From: Candidatus Zambryskiibacteriota bacterium
GTDB lineage: Bacteria > Patescibacteriota > Minisyncoccia > Phycocordibacterales > DATDWN01
NCBI GenBank assembly: GCA_026394815.1
Contig: JAPLZX010000022.1
Location: 1 to 42,571 of the forward strand
Length of the DNA stretch: 42,571 bases
Direction: 5' to 3'
The notes beneath the pieces are model-generated. The model saw only the letters and a program-made list of their open reading frames with translations. It did no database searches and had not been told where the DNA came from. A program made the translations under genes and the position numbers. Below are positions 8,257 to 18,308 of this stretch, piece after piece. How positions within the stretch are numbered: the first letter of the stretch is position 1; every line of letters begins with the position of its first letter.

Positions 8257-9963
8257 TTATCGATCTGGTGGTATTTCATAATAATTAATTAAAAACTTTA
8301 CCAAATCCATAAAAGGCCTAGTTAGAGTTTCAGAACCAAAATTGACACCTTTTGGTTTTACGGTATATAACAAAATTATAAATTTAGGATTATATGCTGG
8401 AAAATACCCAACAAACGAATGTAGAAACTCATTTTCAAGATAACCCCCGCCTCCCTCTTTTGCTATCTGGGCCGTACCAGTTTTAGCAGCAATACTGTAA
8501 TTAGGTATACGTACTGTGCCCCCTAAAAGAACTTTATCTACACTATAAGTTAACATCCTAGTAATTTCTTCGGATGTCTCTCTTTTTATTACCCGACGAC
8601 TATTATCAATTGGTGTGCTCTTTGATATACCTATTTTATAATTTATTTGTTTTACTACATGTGGATTTACTAAAGTACCTCCATTTGCAACAACAGACAA
8701 TGCTCTAATTGTACTTATTGGTGTCAAAGCGATACCTTGACCAAATGATGCACTAGCATATTCTACATCGTTTGACCTATTTAAAATATCAACCAAATTT
8801 CGTCCTTCATTAGGAAGATCTATCCCCGTCTTCTCACCCAATCCAAATCCATACATATATTCAGCAAATTTTTTATTTCCCAAAAGGCTCTCCACATGCG
8901 CCGCCCCAACATTGAGAGATTGGGATAAAACATCTTGCATATTAACAATTCCACGTTCCTTACTATCAAAGTTTGAAATCTTTTTATTGTTTATCATGAC
9001 AAAACCACTATCATAGTATGTAGAATTGGCCGTAATAACTCCGGTATCAATTCCAGCTGAAAGTGTTAGAGGTTTAATAATAGAACCCATTTCATAAACA
9101 TTTTCCACTAGAGGATTAGAAAATATCGAGATGTTTTTTTCTAGTTGGGAATTATTTAAATCAAATGTAGGAAAAACTTCCATCGCATATATTTCTCCCG
9201 TGCTTGGATTCATAATAATTCCACCAGTGAGATCAGAACTCCATTTTTCCGTCGTACTAGCAATTATATCTTGCAAATAAGATTGTACTGTCGGCTCTAT
9301 TGTAGTAACAATATCCGCCTCATTTTCGGAATTATTTTCCGTAACAATTTTTATGTCAGAAAAAATTTGGGCAAAAAAATTAACAAAGGCCCCTTCTTTT
9401 CTAAGTAATTGAGCCTCATACTGTCTTTCCAATCCATATCTACCAGCATATTCATCTCCTTTAAAACCCATTATTCCTATTATGTGTGAAGCAGTGTTCC
9501 CTCCCGGATAAAACCTCCAACTTTCTTTATAAACTTGTAAACCAGAAATTTTCAAATCATTAATTTTTTGCCCAATTTCTGAATTTACCCTAGTAGCGAT
9601 TTCCTCATATGGATCTTTTTTCTTTGTGGCTTTGGCAATAAAGATATCGTGTTCTATGGGCATTAGTTCATTAATTTTTTGATAGACAACTTCTGGGTCT
9701 TTTAATACTTCAGGATTAACTGCCAATATAAAACCCGATTTTAGTGTGGCTGCTGATACTAATCCATTATCTTTGTTTTGAAAAAAAATTGTACCTCTGC
9801 TAAAAATATTTTTAGAGGTAGATAAATATTGTTTATTTGCTTTATTTATATAAAAATCATTATCTACTATTTGTAATATATAAAGCCTGCCTATAAGCAG
9901 GATGGCAAAAATAAAAATACCAATTGAAATGAGACGAATACGTATTGAATAGTTAGACTTCAT
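8257..9963 (-). CDS. ftsI: penicillin-binding protein, transpeptidase (FtsI/PBP3-like)
   Basis: N-terminal TM segment, PBP dimerisation and transpeptidase motifs (SIIKP, KTGTAQ), and dcw context. Confidence 0.85.
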   Translation of the reverse strand: MKSNYSIRIRLISIGIFIFAILLIGRLYILQIVDNDFYINKANKQYLSTSKNIFSRGTIFFQNKDNGLVSAATLKSGFILAVNPEVLKDPEVVYQKINELMPIEHDIFIAKATKKKDPYEEIATRVNSEIGQKINDLKISGLQVYKESWRFYPGGNTASHIIGIMGFKGDEYAGRYGLERQYEAQLLRKEGAFVNFFAQIFSDIKIVTENNSENEADIVTTIEPTVQSYLQDIIASTTEKWSSDLTGGIIMNPSTGEIYAMEVFPTFDLNNSQLEKNISIFSNPLVENVYEMGSIIKPLTLSAGIDTGVITANSTYYDSGFVMINNKKISNFDSKERGIVNMQDVLSQSLNVGAAHVESLLGNKKFAEYMYGFGLGEKTGIDLPNEGRNLVDILNRSNDVEYASASFGQGIALTPISTIRALSVVANGGTLVNPHVVKQINYKIGISKSTPIDNSRRVIKRETSEEITRMLTYSVDKVLLGGTVRIPNYSIAAKTGTAQIAKEGGGGYLENEFLHSFVGYFPAYNPKFIILLYTVKPKGVNFGSETLTRPFMDLVKFLINYYEIPPDR

Positions 9964-9980
9964 CTAAAACATTCTAACAG

Positions 9981-10292
9981 CTAGTTACTCAAATAAGCAA
10001 CTTCAGTAGATGGGTTTCGAGAAATAAAAGTTTTATTTTGACTATCTTTGAACCCTAGAGAATGTGCCAAAGCCAAAGTAATAGTGTTACGTTTTGTAAT
10101 ATATTCAAATTCTTTACCACCTATGGAGAGAGAAAGTGCAGAAGCTTCATTTTCCAAGTTTTGACGAGCTACCACATTACCTATTGTGGTTCTAATAAAA
10201 TACATATAAAAACCAAAAAATAATAGTAAAATACTGAAAAACACCCAGAATATTGTTTTCTCTCTATTTAATTGTAAAACTCTTTCTACCAT
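9981..10292 (-). CDS. FtsL-like small bitopic membrane protein
   Basis: 103 aa with a single TM segment, sitting between rsmH and ftsI. The call rests on position only. Confidence 0.5.
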   Translation of the reverse strand: MVERVLQLNREKTIFWVFFSILLLFFGFYMYFIRTTIGNVVARQNLENEASALSLSIGGKEFEYITKRNTITLALAHSLGFKDSQNKTFISRNPSTEVAYLSN

Positions 10293-10310
10293 TGTTTTTA
10301 TCTATTATTT

Positions 10311-11201
10311 TTATAGTTTCTCAATTATTCTTAATTTGGCACTTCTTGCTCGTGGATTTAAATTAATTTCCTTTTCGCTTGGTGTAATTGGTTTTCTTGT
10401 AATTGTCGTAGCTACGCCTTGTATATTTAATTCTTTAAAAAATTGTTTAACTACCCTATCTTCTAGACTATGAAAAGAAATTACTGCTAATCGTCCGTTT
10501 TTATTTAATCTCTCAAATCCTTTCAAAACACCTTCCTTTAAACTTTCTATTTCATCATTAACCGTAATGCGGAGGGCTTGAAATGTTTTTGTAGCTGGGT
10601 GGATTTTGCGATGATGATAAAACTTTGGTGTAGCGGATTTTATTATTTCTACTAAATCAAATGTTGTTTCAATTGGTTTTATCTCTCGTCTGGCAACTAT
10701 GGCTTTTGATATTTTCCAAGCAAATTGCTCCTCACCATAACCCTCTAAAATTGCTCTAATATTTTCTTCATCCCAGCTATTTAAAATCTCTCTGGCGGTT
10801 AAATCTTTTTCGGTTACATCCTTTTTGAATGACATTATGAGAGGTTCGTCTTTTTGAAAAGAAAACCCCCTGCCAGAATCCTCAAACTGATTGGATGAAA
10901 GGCCGATATCAAATAAAATTCTATCCACTTGTTTGATATTCAAGCTGTCTAGGATGGTATCTATGTTACGGAAACTATCTTGGGCGTATTTTATATTTTG
11001 ATTCAAAAGATTGAGTCGTTCTTTTGCGCGTAGAATTGCATCAGGATCTAGGTCAATGCCAATTATAGAAACCGTATCACTAAATCTTTTGCAAACTTCT
11101 TCTGAATGTCCTCCACCACCTAAAGTTCCATCGACAAAAATATCACCCTTCTTTATGTTCAAACCATCTATAACCTCATGTAAAAGAACTGATTTATGCA
11201 T
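10311..11201 (-). CDS. rsmH: 16S rRNA (cytosine1402-N4)-methyltransferase
   Basis: MHKSVLLHEV..DGTLGGGGHS and SFHSLEDR. Start chosen at ATG 11201. The track ORF extends to 11249. Confidence 0.9.
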   Translation of the reverse strand: MHKSVLLHEVIDGLNIKKGDIFVDGTLGGGGHSEEVCKRFSDTVSIIGIDLDPDAILRAKERLNLLNQNIKYAQDSFRNIDTILDSLNIKQVDRILFDIGLSSNQFEDSGRGFSFQKDEPLIMSFKKDVTEKDLTAREILNSWDEENIRAILEGYGEEQFAWKISKAIVARREIKPIETTFDLVEIIKSATPKFYHHRKIHPATKTFQALRITVNDEIESLKEGVLKGFERLNKNGRLAVISFHSLEDRVVKQFFKELNIQGVATTITRKPITPSEKEINLNPRARSAKLRIIEKL

Positions 11202-11347
11202 ATCGACTTCCATATTTGGCCAATCTCTTCGTTGAAAGCATTTCGACAATCCTCAACATACGACTAAGTATGTCTCGGATTCTCTCAAAGCTTTCGCCTC
11301 GACCTTGGCTCAAATCTGAAAGTCTTCCAATGTGGTTATGCATATTT

Positions 11348-11782
11348 TTAGATAACACCTACTTGGCCAAGTTTTTCGGCCAAAGTATCAGCTTGTTTTT
11401 CCACGACCTTTTTGTATTCTCCCCACGTCTTCTCATTCCAAATTTCCACACGACTAGAAACCCCTATGACAACCACCTTACTTTTTAGATTTGCCCTGTC
11501 ACGTAGAAATTCCGGAATAAGAATACGACCAATGGAATCAACCTCAGCTTCCGTTGCTCCGGCAAACATGTGCCGGCTGAAACTTCGGCTATCGGCTTGA
11601 CCGATTGAGGATTGATTTAATTTTTCTTCAATCTTCAACCATTCCTTTTGGGTAAATACAAACAAGCAGGAATCAAGCCCTGGAGTTACCACAATTTTTT
11701 TACCCATCTCTTGACGAAATTTCGCTGGCAGCGAGAGACGATTTTTGTCATCAATGATATGTGTGTATTCTCCTATGAGCAT
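11348..11782 (-). CDS. mraZ: transcriptional regulator MraZ
   Basis: It has the MraZ N-terminus (MLIGEYTHIIDDKNRLSLPAKFR) and a second SpoVT-AbrB repeat, and is the first gene of the dcw cluster. Confidence 0.9.
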   Translation of the reverse strand: MLIGEYTHIIDDKNRLSLPAKFRQEMGKKIVVTPGLDSCLFVFTQKEWLKIEEKLNQSSIGQADSRSFSRHMFAGATEAEVDSIGRILIPEFLRDRANLKSKVVVIGVSSRVEIWNEKTWGEYKKVVEKQADTLAEKLGQVGVI

Positions 11783-11830
11783 TTTATTTTTAAAAATTAT
11801 TTGAAATTAATTTGGCCACACAAATTAATT

Positions 11831-11880
11831 CCCACTTCTTCCCACTTGACTAGCATTATATACCACCTCTTCCCACTTAA
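11831..11880 (-). promoter_or_regulatory. mraZ promoter with repeated GTGGG (MraZ-box-like) direct repeats
   Basis: Minus strand reads AAGTGGGAAGAGGTGGTATATAATGCTAGTCAAGTGGGAAGAAGTGGGAA. GTGGG/GTGGT boxes sit at about 10-nt phasing around a TATAAT. Confidence 0.55.
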
Positions 11881-12009
11881 CTACTACTGACTTGTGCACA
11901 GGCTGTGGATAACTGAAATTTATCTTGTTTTATATACAAAAAAGCTTGCCGTTCGTGTTTTCACACTACTTAGCAAGCTTTGTTTCGAGTTGTAGATTCC
12001 TCCTGTTAC

Positions 12010-12177
12010 CTACAACCCAATGACGTGCATCACCCACAGTGAGCCCGCGGCGAGCGCTCCCCCGATGAATATTGCTGGGAGAGCATACTTTCTGGCCCAC
12101 TTCTCAGATACGACAACCAACCCCAACACCAGGATGAAGCTCCCAAAGAGCAAACAGTACACAGACAATTCTTTCAT
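12010..12177 (-). CDS. small hydrophobic two-TM peptide, 55 aa (MKELSVYCLLFGSFILVLGLVVV...)
   Basis: It lies in a GC-rich patch. AAGGAGG sits 6 nt upstream of ATG 12177, there is a perfect consensus promoter upstream, and a hairpin plus T-run lies downstream. Confidence 0.5.
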   Translation of the reverse strand: MKELSVYCLLFGSFILVLGLVVVSEKWARKYALPAIFIGGALAAGSLWVMHVIGL

Positions 12178-12223
12178 GGTGTCCTCCTTCAAGGAAATCG
12201 TTTTACTTCAATTCTCTCTTATT

Positions 12224-12252
12224 ATTATACACCTTATTAAGAATTTTGTCAA
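12224..12252 (-). promoter_or_regulatory. perfect consensus sigma70 promoter (TTGACA-17-TATAAT)
   Basis: Minus strand: TTGACA (12252-12247), a 17-nt spacer, TATAAT (12229-12224). Confidence 0.6.
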
Positions 12253-12291
12253 GCATTTTTAAATAAAAATTAATTTCTTATTTCTTGCACT

Positions 12292-12319
12292 AAAAAACGG
12301 CCTAGCATAGCCGTTTTTT
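12292..12319. terminator. symmetric A6/T6-flanked hairpin, terminator of lysS
   Basis: AAAAAACGGC pairs with GCCGTTTTTT (10 bp) around an 8-nt loop. Confidence 0.65.
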
Positions 12320-12349
12320 ACAATTTACATAGGGTAACCCTATGTGAAA

Positions 12350-13801
12350 TTATCTGGGTCGCATAAGTGGGAAGGTTTGTAGTTCACGAAGTGGTTTGTC
12401 CACCAAAATAGCAAACAATCTTTCTCCAAATCCAAAACCACAGGTTGGCGGCATACCATGTTCTAACATTTCCACAAATTCGTAATCAGCCATCATAGCT
12501 TCTGTGTCTCCAGCATCTATAAGTTTTTGTTGTACATCAAATCTTTCTTTCTGATCGATTGGATCATTCAGTTCTGAATATCCCCTACCTACTTCGCTTC
12601 CAGCAATGATAGGTTGAAACATCTGAACAGTTTTCCCGAGAGGTTGACTTTTTGCTAATGGCGCCACAAGTATCGGATGATTTATAAGAAAGGCCGGACC
12701 AGAAATATTTTTCCTGCAATATTTCCACAGAGTATCTATCAGCCTCTCGCGATTTTCTCCTTCGTATTTTACTCCCAATTCTTCAAGTTTTTTAATTATA
12801 TCTTTATCGCTAGTAGTTTCTATATTAAGACCTGTTTGTTTTAAAACTTCTTGACCATAATCAATCTTTATCCATTCGTCCGCTAAATCAAAAGTGTGCC
12901 CTCGTGAAGTAAATTTTGTTTTACCAAAAACTTCTTTGGCAATTTCAATATACATTTCTCGCACAAGTTCCATACCATCATTATAATCTGCGAAGGACCA
13001 ATAAAACTCCATGTTTGTAAATTCTTGTAAATGTTCTGGACTTGAACCTTCATTACGATATACACGACCTATTTCAAAAGTTTTTGGAAATCCTCCCGCC
13101 ATAAGTCTTTTCTGCCAAAGCTCTCCAACAGAAATACGAAGATAAACATCCAAATCGAAATCATTGTGATGAGTTCCGAATGGTGTTGCTTCTGCCCCAC
13201 CTGTGGTTGTTTCAAGAGTTGGAGTCTCTACCTCAAGAAATCCGGTATTTTTCATAAAATCACGAGTGGCATCCCAAAATTTAGATTTTTTTACCATAAG
13301 ATCTCGTAATTCATCGTTAGTAAGAAAATCTAAATATCGTTTTCTGTATTTTTCTTCAATATCTTGTAGACCATGCCATTTTTCGGGCAACGGCAGAAGA
13401 GATTTGCTTGCCATAGTCCACGAATCAGCCAAGACACTAGGTTCTCCCCTCTCGGATAACATAGCTAAACCCGTAACAGATATAAAATCTCCAACATCCA
13501 CAGCATCAATAAACAAAGAAAATGATTCTTCTGGTAAAATGTCTTTTTTTATTATTGTTTGTATTTTTTCTGTACCATCAAAAAGCACAGCAAATAAAAT
13601 AGCTCCTTGACCACGCAAAGCCATAACTCGTCCAGCCACAGAAATAGATACTCCAGATTTCGCTTGAGCATCAAAATTTGTTTTAAGAAAAGAAATGGGA
13701 AAATCTCTTGGAACTTTTGAAGGATAAGGGTTAACTCCCGCCTTCTTTAGTATTTCCAGTTTTTGTAATCTTGCTTGTCGTATTTCATCTATAGATGCCA
13801 T
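12350..13801 (-). CDS. lysS: lysine--tRNA ligase (class II)
   Basis: It has an OB anticodon-binding N-terminus and class II motifs (FLEVETP, YRNEG, GFGFGERL). Confidence 0.95.
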   Translation of the reverse strand: MASIDEIRQARLQKLEILKKAGVNPYPSKVPRDFPISFLKTNFDAQAKSGVSISVAGRVMALRGQGAILFAVLFDGTEKIQTIIKKDILPEESFSLFIDAVDVGDFISVTGLAMLSERGEPSVLADSWTMASKSLLPLPEKWHGLQDIEEKYRKRYLDFLTNDELRDLMVKKSKFWDATRDFMKNTGFLEVETPTLETTTGGAEATPFGTHHNDFDLDVYLRISVGELWQKRLMAGGFPKTFEIGRVYRNEGSSPEHLQEFTNMEFYWSFADYNDGMELVREMYIEIAKEVFGKTKFTSRGHTFDLADEWIKIDYGQEVLKQTGLNIETTSDKDIIKKLEELGVKYEGENRERLIDTLWKYCRKNISGPAFLINHPILVAPLAKSQPLGKTVQMFQPIIAGSEVGRGYSELNDPIDQKERFDVQQKLIDAGDTEAMMADYEFVEMLEHGMPPTCGFGFGERLFAILVDKPLRELQTFPLMRPR

Positions 13802-13841
13802 ATTTTAATCATATCATCTATATAAAAATTTCCAAAGTTTA

Positions 13842-14303
13842 TTATTTAATGTCTGTAATTGTATAGGATATTTCACCAACCGGAGCTTGGAATGAAAATT
13901 TTTCACCTTTCTTTTTCCCCCAAATAGCTTGACCAAAAGGAGACTTTATTGAAATCTTATTTTCCATAACATCAGCTTCTTCTGACCCAACAATATTATA
14001 GGTAGATTTTTTACCATCTTTCTCCACAATAACCACTGACCCAACACATACTGCGTCACTATGATTCCCTGAAACAATGTGTACATTTTTCAAGAGATCT
14101 TCTAGTTTTGCTATACGATCTTCAACAGTAGCTTGAATATCTCGTGCCTCATGATATTCTGCGTTTTCAGAAAGATCTCCTAGTGATTTTGCATACTCTA
14201 AACTCTCTGCAACTTCTTTTCTACGAGTTCCTTTGAGTAATGCTAGTTCTTTAGTAAATTCTTCAAATTTCTCCTTGGTCAAATACTCGTGTTCATTTTT
14301 CAT
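13842..14303 (-). CDS. greA: transcription elongation factor GreA
   Basis: GDLSENAEYHEARD in the coiled-coil region, with a Gre C-terminal domain. Confidence 0.9.
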   Translation of the reverse strand: MKNEHEYLTKEKFEEFTKELALLKGTRRKEVAESLEYAKSLGDLSENAEYHEARDIQATVEDRIAKLEDLLKNVHIVSGNHSDAVCVGSVVIVEKDGKKSTYNIVGSEEADVMENKISIKSPFGQAIWGKKKGEKFSFQAPVGEISYTITDIK

Positions 14304-14368
14304 GTTATAAATGTTAAATAATTAAGAATTCTGGAGATTATATCAAAAAAACACCCTTAGGTCAATTA

Positions 14369-16081
14369 TTATTTCAAATACTCACTCGCATATATATTCA
14401 TCCAATTAAAAAATTCCTGCATAACGAGAGTCGCACTAAATTGATTGCTTCTAGACCCGCGCTCCATAACCACAGCAAATGCATATTTGGGATTTTTGTA
14501 TGGCCAAAAACCAATCACCCAAGAATTAACTTCATCTTTATTAACCCCTATTTGAGCCGTACCAGTTTTTGAAGCTATTTCAATAAAAGGAAGATTCAGA
14601 GGTTGACATGTCCCCACAGTAACACAAAGACGCATTCCTTCTTTCACTATAGTATAAAAATTTTGATCAAGATTTATGTTACCTGATATTTTAATTTTAT
14701 TATTCATTCCATCAACTTTTAAAAACGTTGGTGTAAGTAAGGCCCCTTCATTAGCTATAGCGCTAACTGCTCTGACTACTTGCAGTGGCGTCACTTGGAA
14801 TCCATATTGACCAATAGCTGTGTTGTAAGTATCCCCGACACGCCAAGCTTCACCATTAAAATTTTCCGATTTCCATTCCGGACTTGGAATTGTTCCACTG
14901 TTTTCTCCGGGAAAATAAACACCGGTAGTAGTACCAAATCCAAACATACGAGTGTATTTTTCTATGTTAGTAATACCAATTCCCTTTTGGGTCTGATATC
15001 CACCCGTAACTTCATAAAAATAAACATTGGAAGAAACAGCGATGGCGTGTCTTAAGTCAACTAATCCATGTGCTTTCCAATCTAAGAATATGGATGGTTT
15101 ATCAGGAAAAAATGGATTTGGTATGGAAATAGAACCAGTACTTAATATTTGTTTTGTTGGACTAATAACCCCTTCTGTTAAAACTCCTATAGCTATAAAA
15201 ATTTTCATAATAGATCCAGGAGTATAAAGACCACTAACGACACGATTTAGAAATGGATAATTTGAGGAAGCAATCCATTCATTTATTTTTGTACTGTCAT
15301 AACCCTTTGTCATAACCCCAGATTCATATTCCGGAAAATTACTACTTGCAATTATTTCCCCCGTATGGATATCCATTAGAACTCCTGCCCCACCTTTATA
15401 TCCAGCTCTATTAGCTATATCTAAAAGTGAATTATTTAATTTCTTTTGTAAATTAACATCAATAGAAAGATCTATATTCCCACCATCCACAGGTGGTTCT
15501 ATAATACTCTCTGAAATAATATTACCTTTTACGTCTGTTTCAATAATTTTAATACCATTTTCCCCCGCGATTTGGTCATTATAGATTTTTTCTATACCAT
15601 CTTTTGGATCATAAGAATCTTGATAATAAAAACCACTAGAATCCTTTGTTGGATATTTTATATACCCTAGAATGGTAGATAAACCTGTTGAAGTAGCATA
15701 AACACGAAGAGAAAAGTCGGTAGTTTCTGGATTAATATCATTCCACACTAACGGCACTTTATTTCTATCATATATAACTCCCCTATCAGCAAAAACGAGG
15801 GTTTTATGTAAACTATTATTATCACTTCTAATACGAAAGGTTTGTCCTTCTATTATTTGTAAATCCCACACTTTATATACAAAAACTACTCCTACACAGA
15901 TAATAAAAAACATCATAATACCAAACACAGAATGTGATATTGGTTTTTCTATACGACCTTCAAATTGATAGGTATCAAAATCAGGTAGATTTTTTGAATC
16001 CAAAAAAATCTCATCTGGATCTATGTCTCGATTACTTCTATAATCCCTTTTTATGAAAAAATTTTTTATTTGATGAAACAT
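14369..16081 (-). CDS. mrdA: penicillin-binding protein 2 (elongasome transpeptidase)
   Basis: PBP dimerisation and transpeptidase motifs (SIMK, SSN, KTGTAQ). It lies directly downstream of mreBCD. Confidence 0.85.
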   Translation of the reverse strand: MFHQIKNFFIKRDYRSNRDIDPDEIFLDSKNLPDFDTYQFEGRIEKPISHSVFGIMMFFIICVGVVFVYKVWDLQIIEGQTFRIRSDNNSLHKTLVFADRGVIYDRNKVPLVWNDINPETTDFSLRVYATSTGLSTILGYIKYPTKDSSGFYYQDSYDPKDGIEKIYNDQIAGENGIKIIETDVKGNIISESIIEPPVDGGNIDLSIDVNLQKKLNNSLLDIANRAGYKGGAGVLMDIHTGEIIASSNFPEYESGVMTKGYDSTKINEWIASSNYPFLNRVVSGLYTPGSIMKIFIAIGVLTEGVISPTKQILSTGSISIPNPFFPDKPSIFLDWKAHGLVDLRHAIAVSSNVYFYEVTGGYQTQKGIGITNIEKYTRMFGFGTTTGVYFPGENSGTIPSPEWKSENFNGEAWRVGDTYNTAIGQYGFQVTPLQVVRAVSAIANEGALLTPTFLKVDGMNNKIKISGNINLDQNFYTIVKEGMRLCVTVGTCQPLNLPFIEIASKTGTAQIGVNKDEVNSWVIGFWPYKNPKYAFAVVMERGSRSNQFSATLVMQEFFNWMNIYASEYLK

Positions 16082-16102
16082 AATAAAAGAAAGAATGTGA
16101 AA

Positions 16103-16360
16103 TTAAAAGTTTTTGATACGTGTTTTAATAAACAAAACAATCACCAAAAACACTAGAGCTATCGTCAACCCTGTATATGGAAAATTGTATTTAACCGAAT
16201 ATAAAGCATCAAAAAGAAAACCAAAAAATAAAACTTCCAAATACAATGGAAAATAAATAGTTAAACCAGCAAGTACTAGTATAGAAATCCACCAAGGTAA
16301 CATTACTACCAATATAAAAGTAAGAATAAAAATTAAAATACGGATATAAGAAATATTCAT
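16103..16360 (-). CDS. MreD-like small polytopic membrane protein
   Basis: Its position between mreC and mrdA, and its entirely hydrophobic sequence. Start set at ATG 16360, because the track start at 16378 is a TTG. Confidence 0.5.
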   Translation of the reverse strand: MNISYIRILIFILTFILVVMLPWWISILVLAGLTIYFPLYLEVLFFGFLFDALYSVKYNFPYTGLTIALVFLVIVLFIKTRIKNF

Positions 16361-16390
16361 CAATCTATAATAACACAAACAAGAACCCCA

Positions 16391-17182
16391 CTAATTTTTC
16401 TCAACAAAAACATATTTGGTGGAAAATACGTTTCCTGGCACACGAATATATATCTTTTTGAAAGAGCTTTGAGAATTTGTATCAATATAATAAACACTTC
16501 CTATCATAGATGGTGAAAATTTTGGATAGAGAAAAACATCCCCCCATACTATATCAGTATCTTTTGGTACTTCTAACTCCAAATTTGCACCCCCTAACCC
16601 CTTCAAGACAAAAGAAGCTCCTGTGCGTGAAAGAGTGGCTTCTTGTTCTCCATCTCCATTAGAAAAAAGTTCAACTAGAGAAGTGTGTGGGGTTATATTT
16701 TTTATTAGACCTACGATGATATTATCAGAAATATAAACTCTATTCCCGAGAGAAACCCCGTCCGAAGAACCAACATCAATAATGAAAGTATCATAGGGAG
16801 AGTACGGTGGTTTAGATAACACTCTGGAAACAATATGTGGAGTATCCGTTTGGCGACCTAGTTGGTTTTTTAGATCTTCAAATTCTTTTGATAAAACATC
16901 ATAATCAATTTTTTTGAGTTTTAAATTCGACACTTCTTCTTCCAGAGATAAGTTATTAGAAATGAGAGAATTTTTAGAAGTAAAATAACCTTTAATATTT
17001 GAAAATGGTCTTAGAACAACATCACGAATTACCCACAAGGGTTTAGAAATTGTAAAAAATGTTGAACGAGTAAAATTCGGAAATAAAAATGCAAACAAAT
17101 TAAGCAGACAAAATAATATGATAATGGAAATAATATTTCCTCGATATTTGTGTTCTGGTTTACTTTTTAGGAGGTAATTCAT
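16391..17182 (-). CDS. mreC: rod shape-determining protein MreC
   Basis: TM segment, coiled coil and beta-rich C-terminus, directly after mreB. Start at ATG 17182, because the track start at 17194 is a TTG. Confidence 0.8.
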   Translation of the reverse strand: MNYLLKSKPEHKYRGNIISIIILFCLLNLFAFLFPNFTRSTFFTISKPLWVIRDVVLRPFSNIKGYFTSKNSLISNNLSLEEEVSNLKLKKIDYDVLSKEFEDLKNQLGRQTDTPHIVSRVLSKPPYSPYDTFIIDVGSSDGVSLGNRVYISDNIIVGLIKNITPHTSLVELFSNGDGEQEATLSRTGASFVLKGLGGANLELEVPKDTDIVWGDVFLYPKFSPSMIGSVYYIDTNSQSSFKKIYIRVPGNVFSTKYVFVEKN

Positions 17183-18221
17183 CTTCGTTTGCAATTAGAA
17201 TATCTTTGTATAAATCAAGATTTTCTAGAATAATGCCAGTACCTCGACAAACCGCAGTTAAGGGGTCCCCCGCAATATGCACAGGTATTTTTGTATATTC
17301 AGTAATAATTTCAGCTAAACCCTTAATCAAAGCTCCCCCTCCAATTAAATAAATTCCCCTTTGCATAATATCCGATAGAATTTCTGGGGGCGTTATTTCC
17401 AATACCTCTTTAACTGATTCAATTAAAGTATCAATGGACTGTGAAATTGCCTCTCTAATATCGGAATCTGTAATTACCACTTCTCGTGGTAGACCAGATA
17501 TTAAATCCCTACCTTTTATGGAGGCTTCTAGTGGTGTTTCCCCTGATAATATCGCTCCTATTGAAATTTTTATATTTTCAGCTGTCTTTTCACCAATTAA
17601 AATTTTAAATTCACTTCGAACATAAGAAATTATATCTGTATTTAGTTTATCTCCTGCTATACGAAGATTTTTTGAACGAACAACTCCTCCCAAAGATATA
17701 ACCGCAATATCAGATGTCCCACCTCCAACATCTATAATCATATTTCCAATTGGTTCCATAATAGGAAGACGAATACCGATAGCTCCAGCCATTGGCTCTT
17801 CAACAATATGCACTTCCGAAGCGCCTGCATTTTTTGTGGCGTCTCTTACTGCGCGAGTTTCTACATTTGTAATTCCTGATGGCACACCAACAACAACACG
17901 GGGGCCTAAAAGCTTTTTGTTATTTTTTTGAGCTTTGTTTATTAAATAAGTAATCATTTCTTCCGTTACTTCAAAATCAGAAATAACACCATCAACAAGT
18001 GGACGCACAGCTATGATGTGCCCCGGAGTGCGACCAAGCATTTGTTTAGCATCTTTACCCACCGCCACTACACGACCGGTTTTTTGGTTCACAGCCACTA
18101 CCGATGGTTCGTTTATGAGAATTCCCTTGCCACGCAAATAAACCAATGTATTAGCCGTACCTAAATCAATACCGATATCGTTTGACAGTAATCTTTTGAA
18201 TTGTTCAAAATTTTTAATCAT
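17160..18221 (-). CDS. mreB: rod shape-determining protein MreB
   Basis: Actin-fold motifs IGIDLGTANT, DVGGGTSD and GGGALIKGL. Confidence 0.95.
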   Translation of the reverse strand: MIKNFEQFKRLLSNDIGIDLGTANTLVYLRGKGILINEPSVVAVNQKTGRVVAVGKDAKQMLGRTPGHIIAVRPLVDGVISDFEVTEEMITYLINKAQKNNKKLLGPRVVVGVPSGITNVETRAVRDATKNAGASEVHIVEEPMAGAIGIRLPIMEPIGNMIIDVGGGTSDIAVISLGGVVRSKNLRIAGDKLNTDIISYVRSEFKILIGEKTAENIKISIGAILSGETPLEASIKGRDLISGLPREVVITDSDIREAISQSIDTLIESVKEVLEITPPEILSDIMQRGIYLIGGGALIKGLAEIITEYTKIPVHIAGDPLTAVCRGTGIILENLDLYKDILIANEDELPPKK

Positions 18222-18308
18222 GTCGTTGTAGATATACTAGCACAAACAAACCCAATCTCGTTGACTCATGTTTCGAGAGTAAATTTTACAAAAAACCGGG
18301 AATAAATA

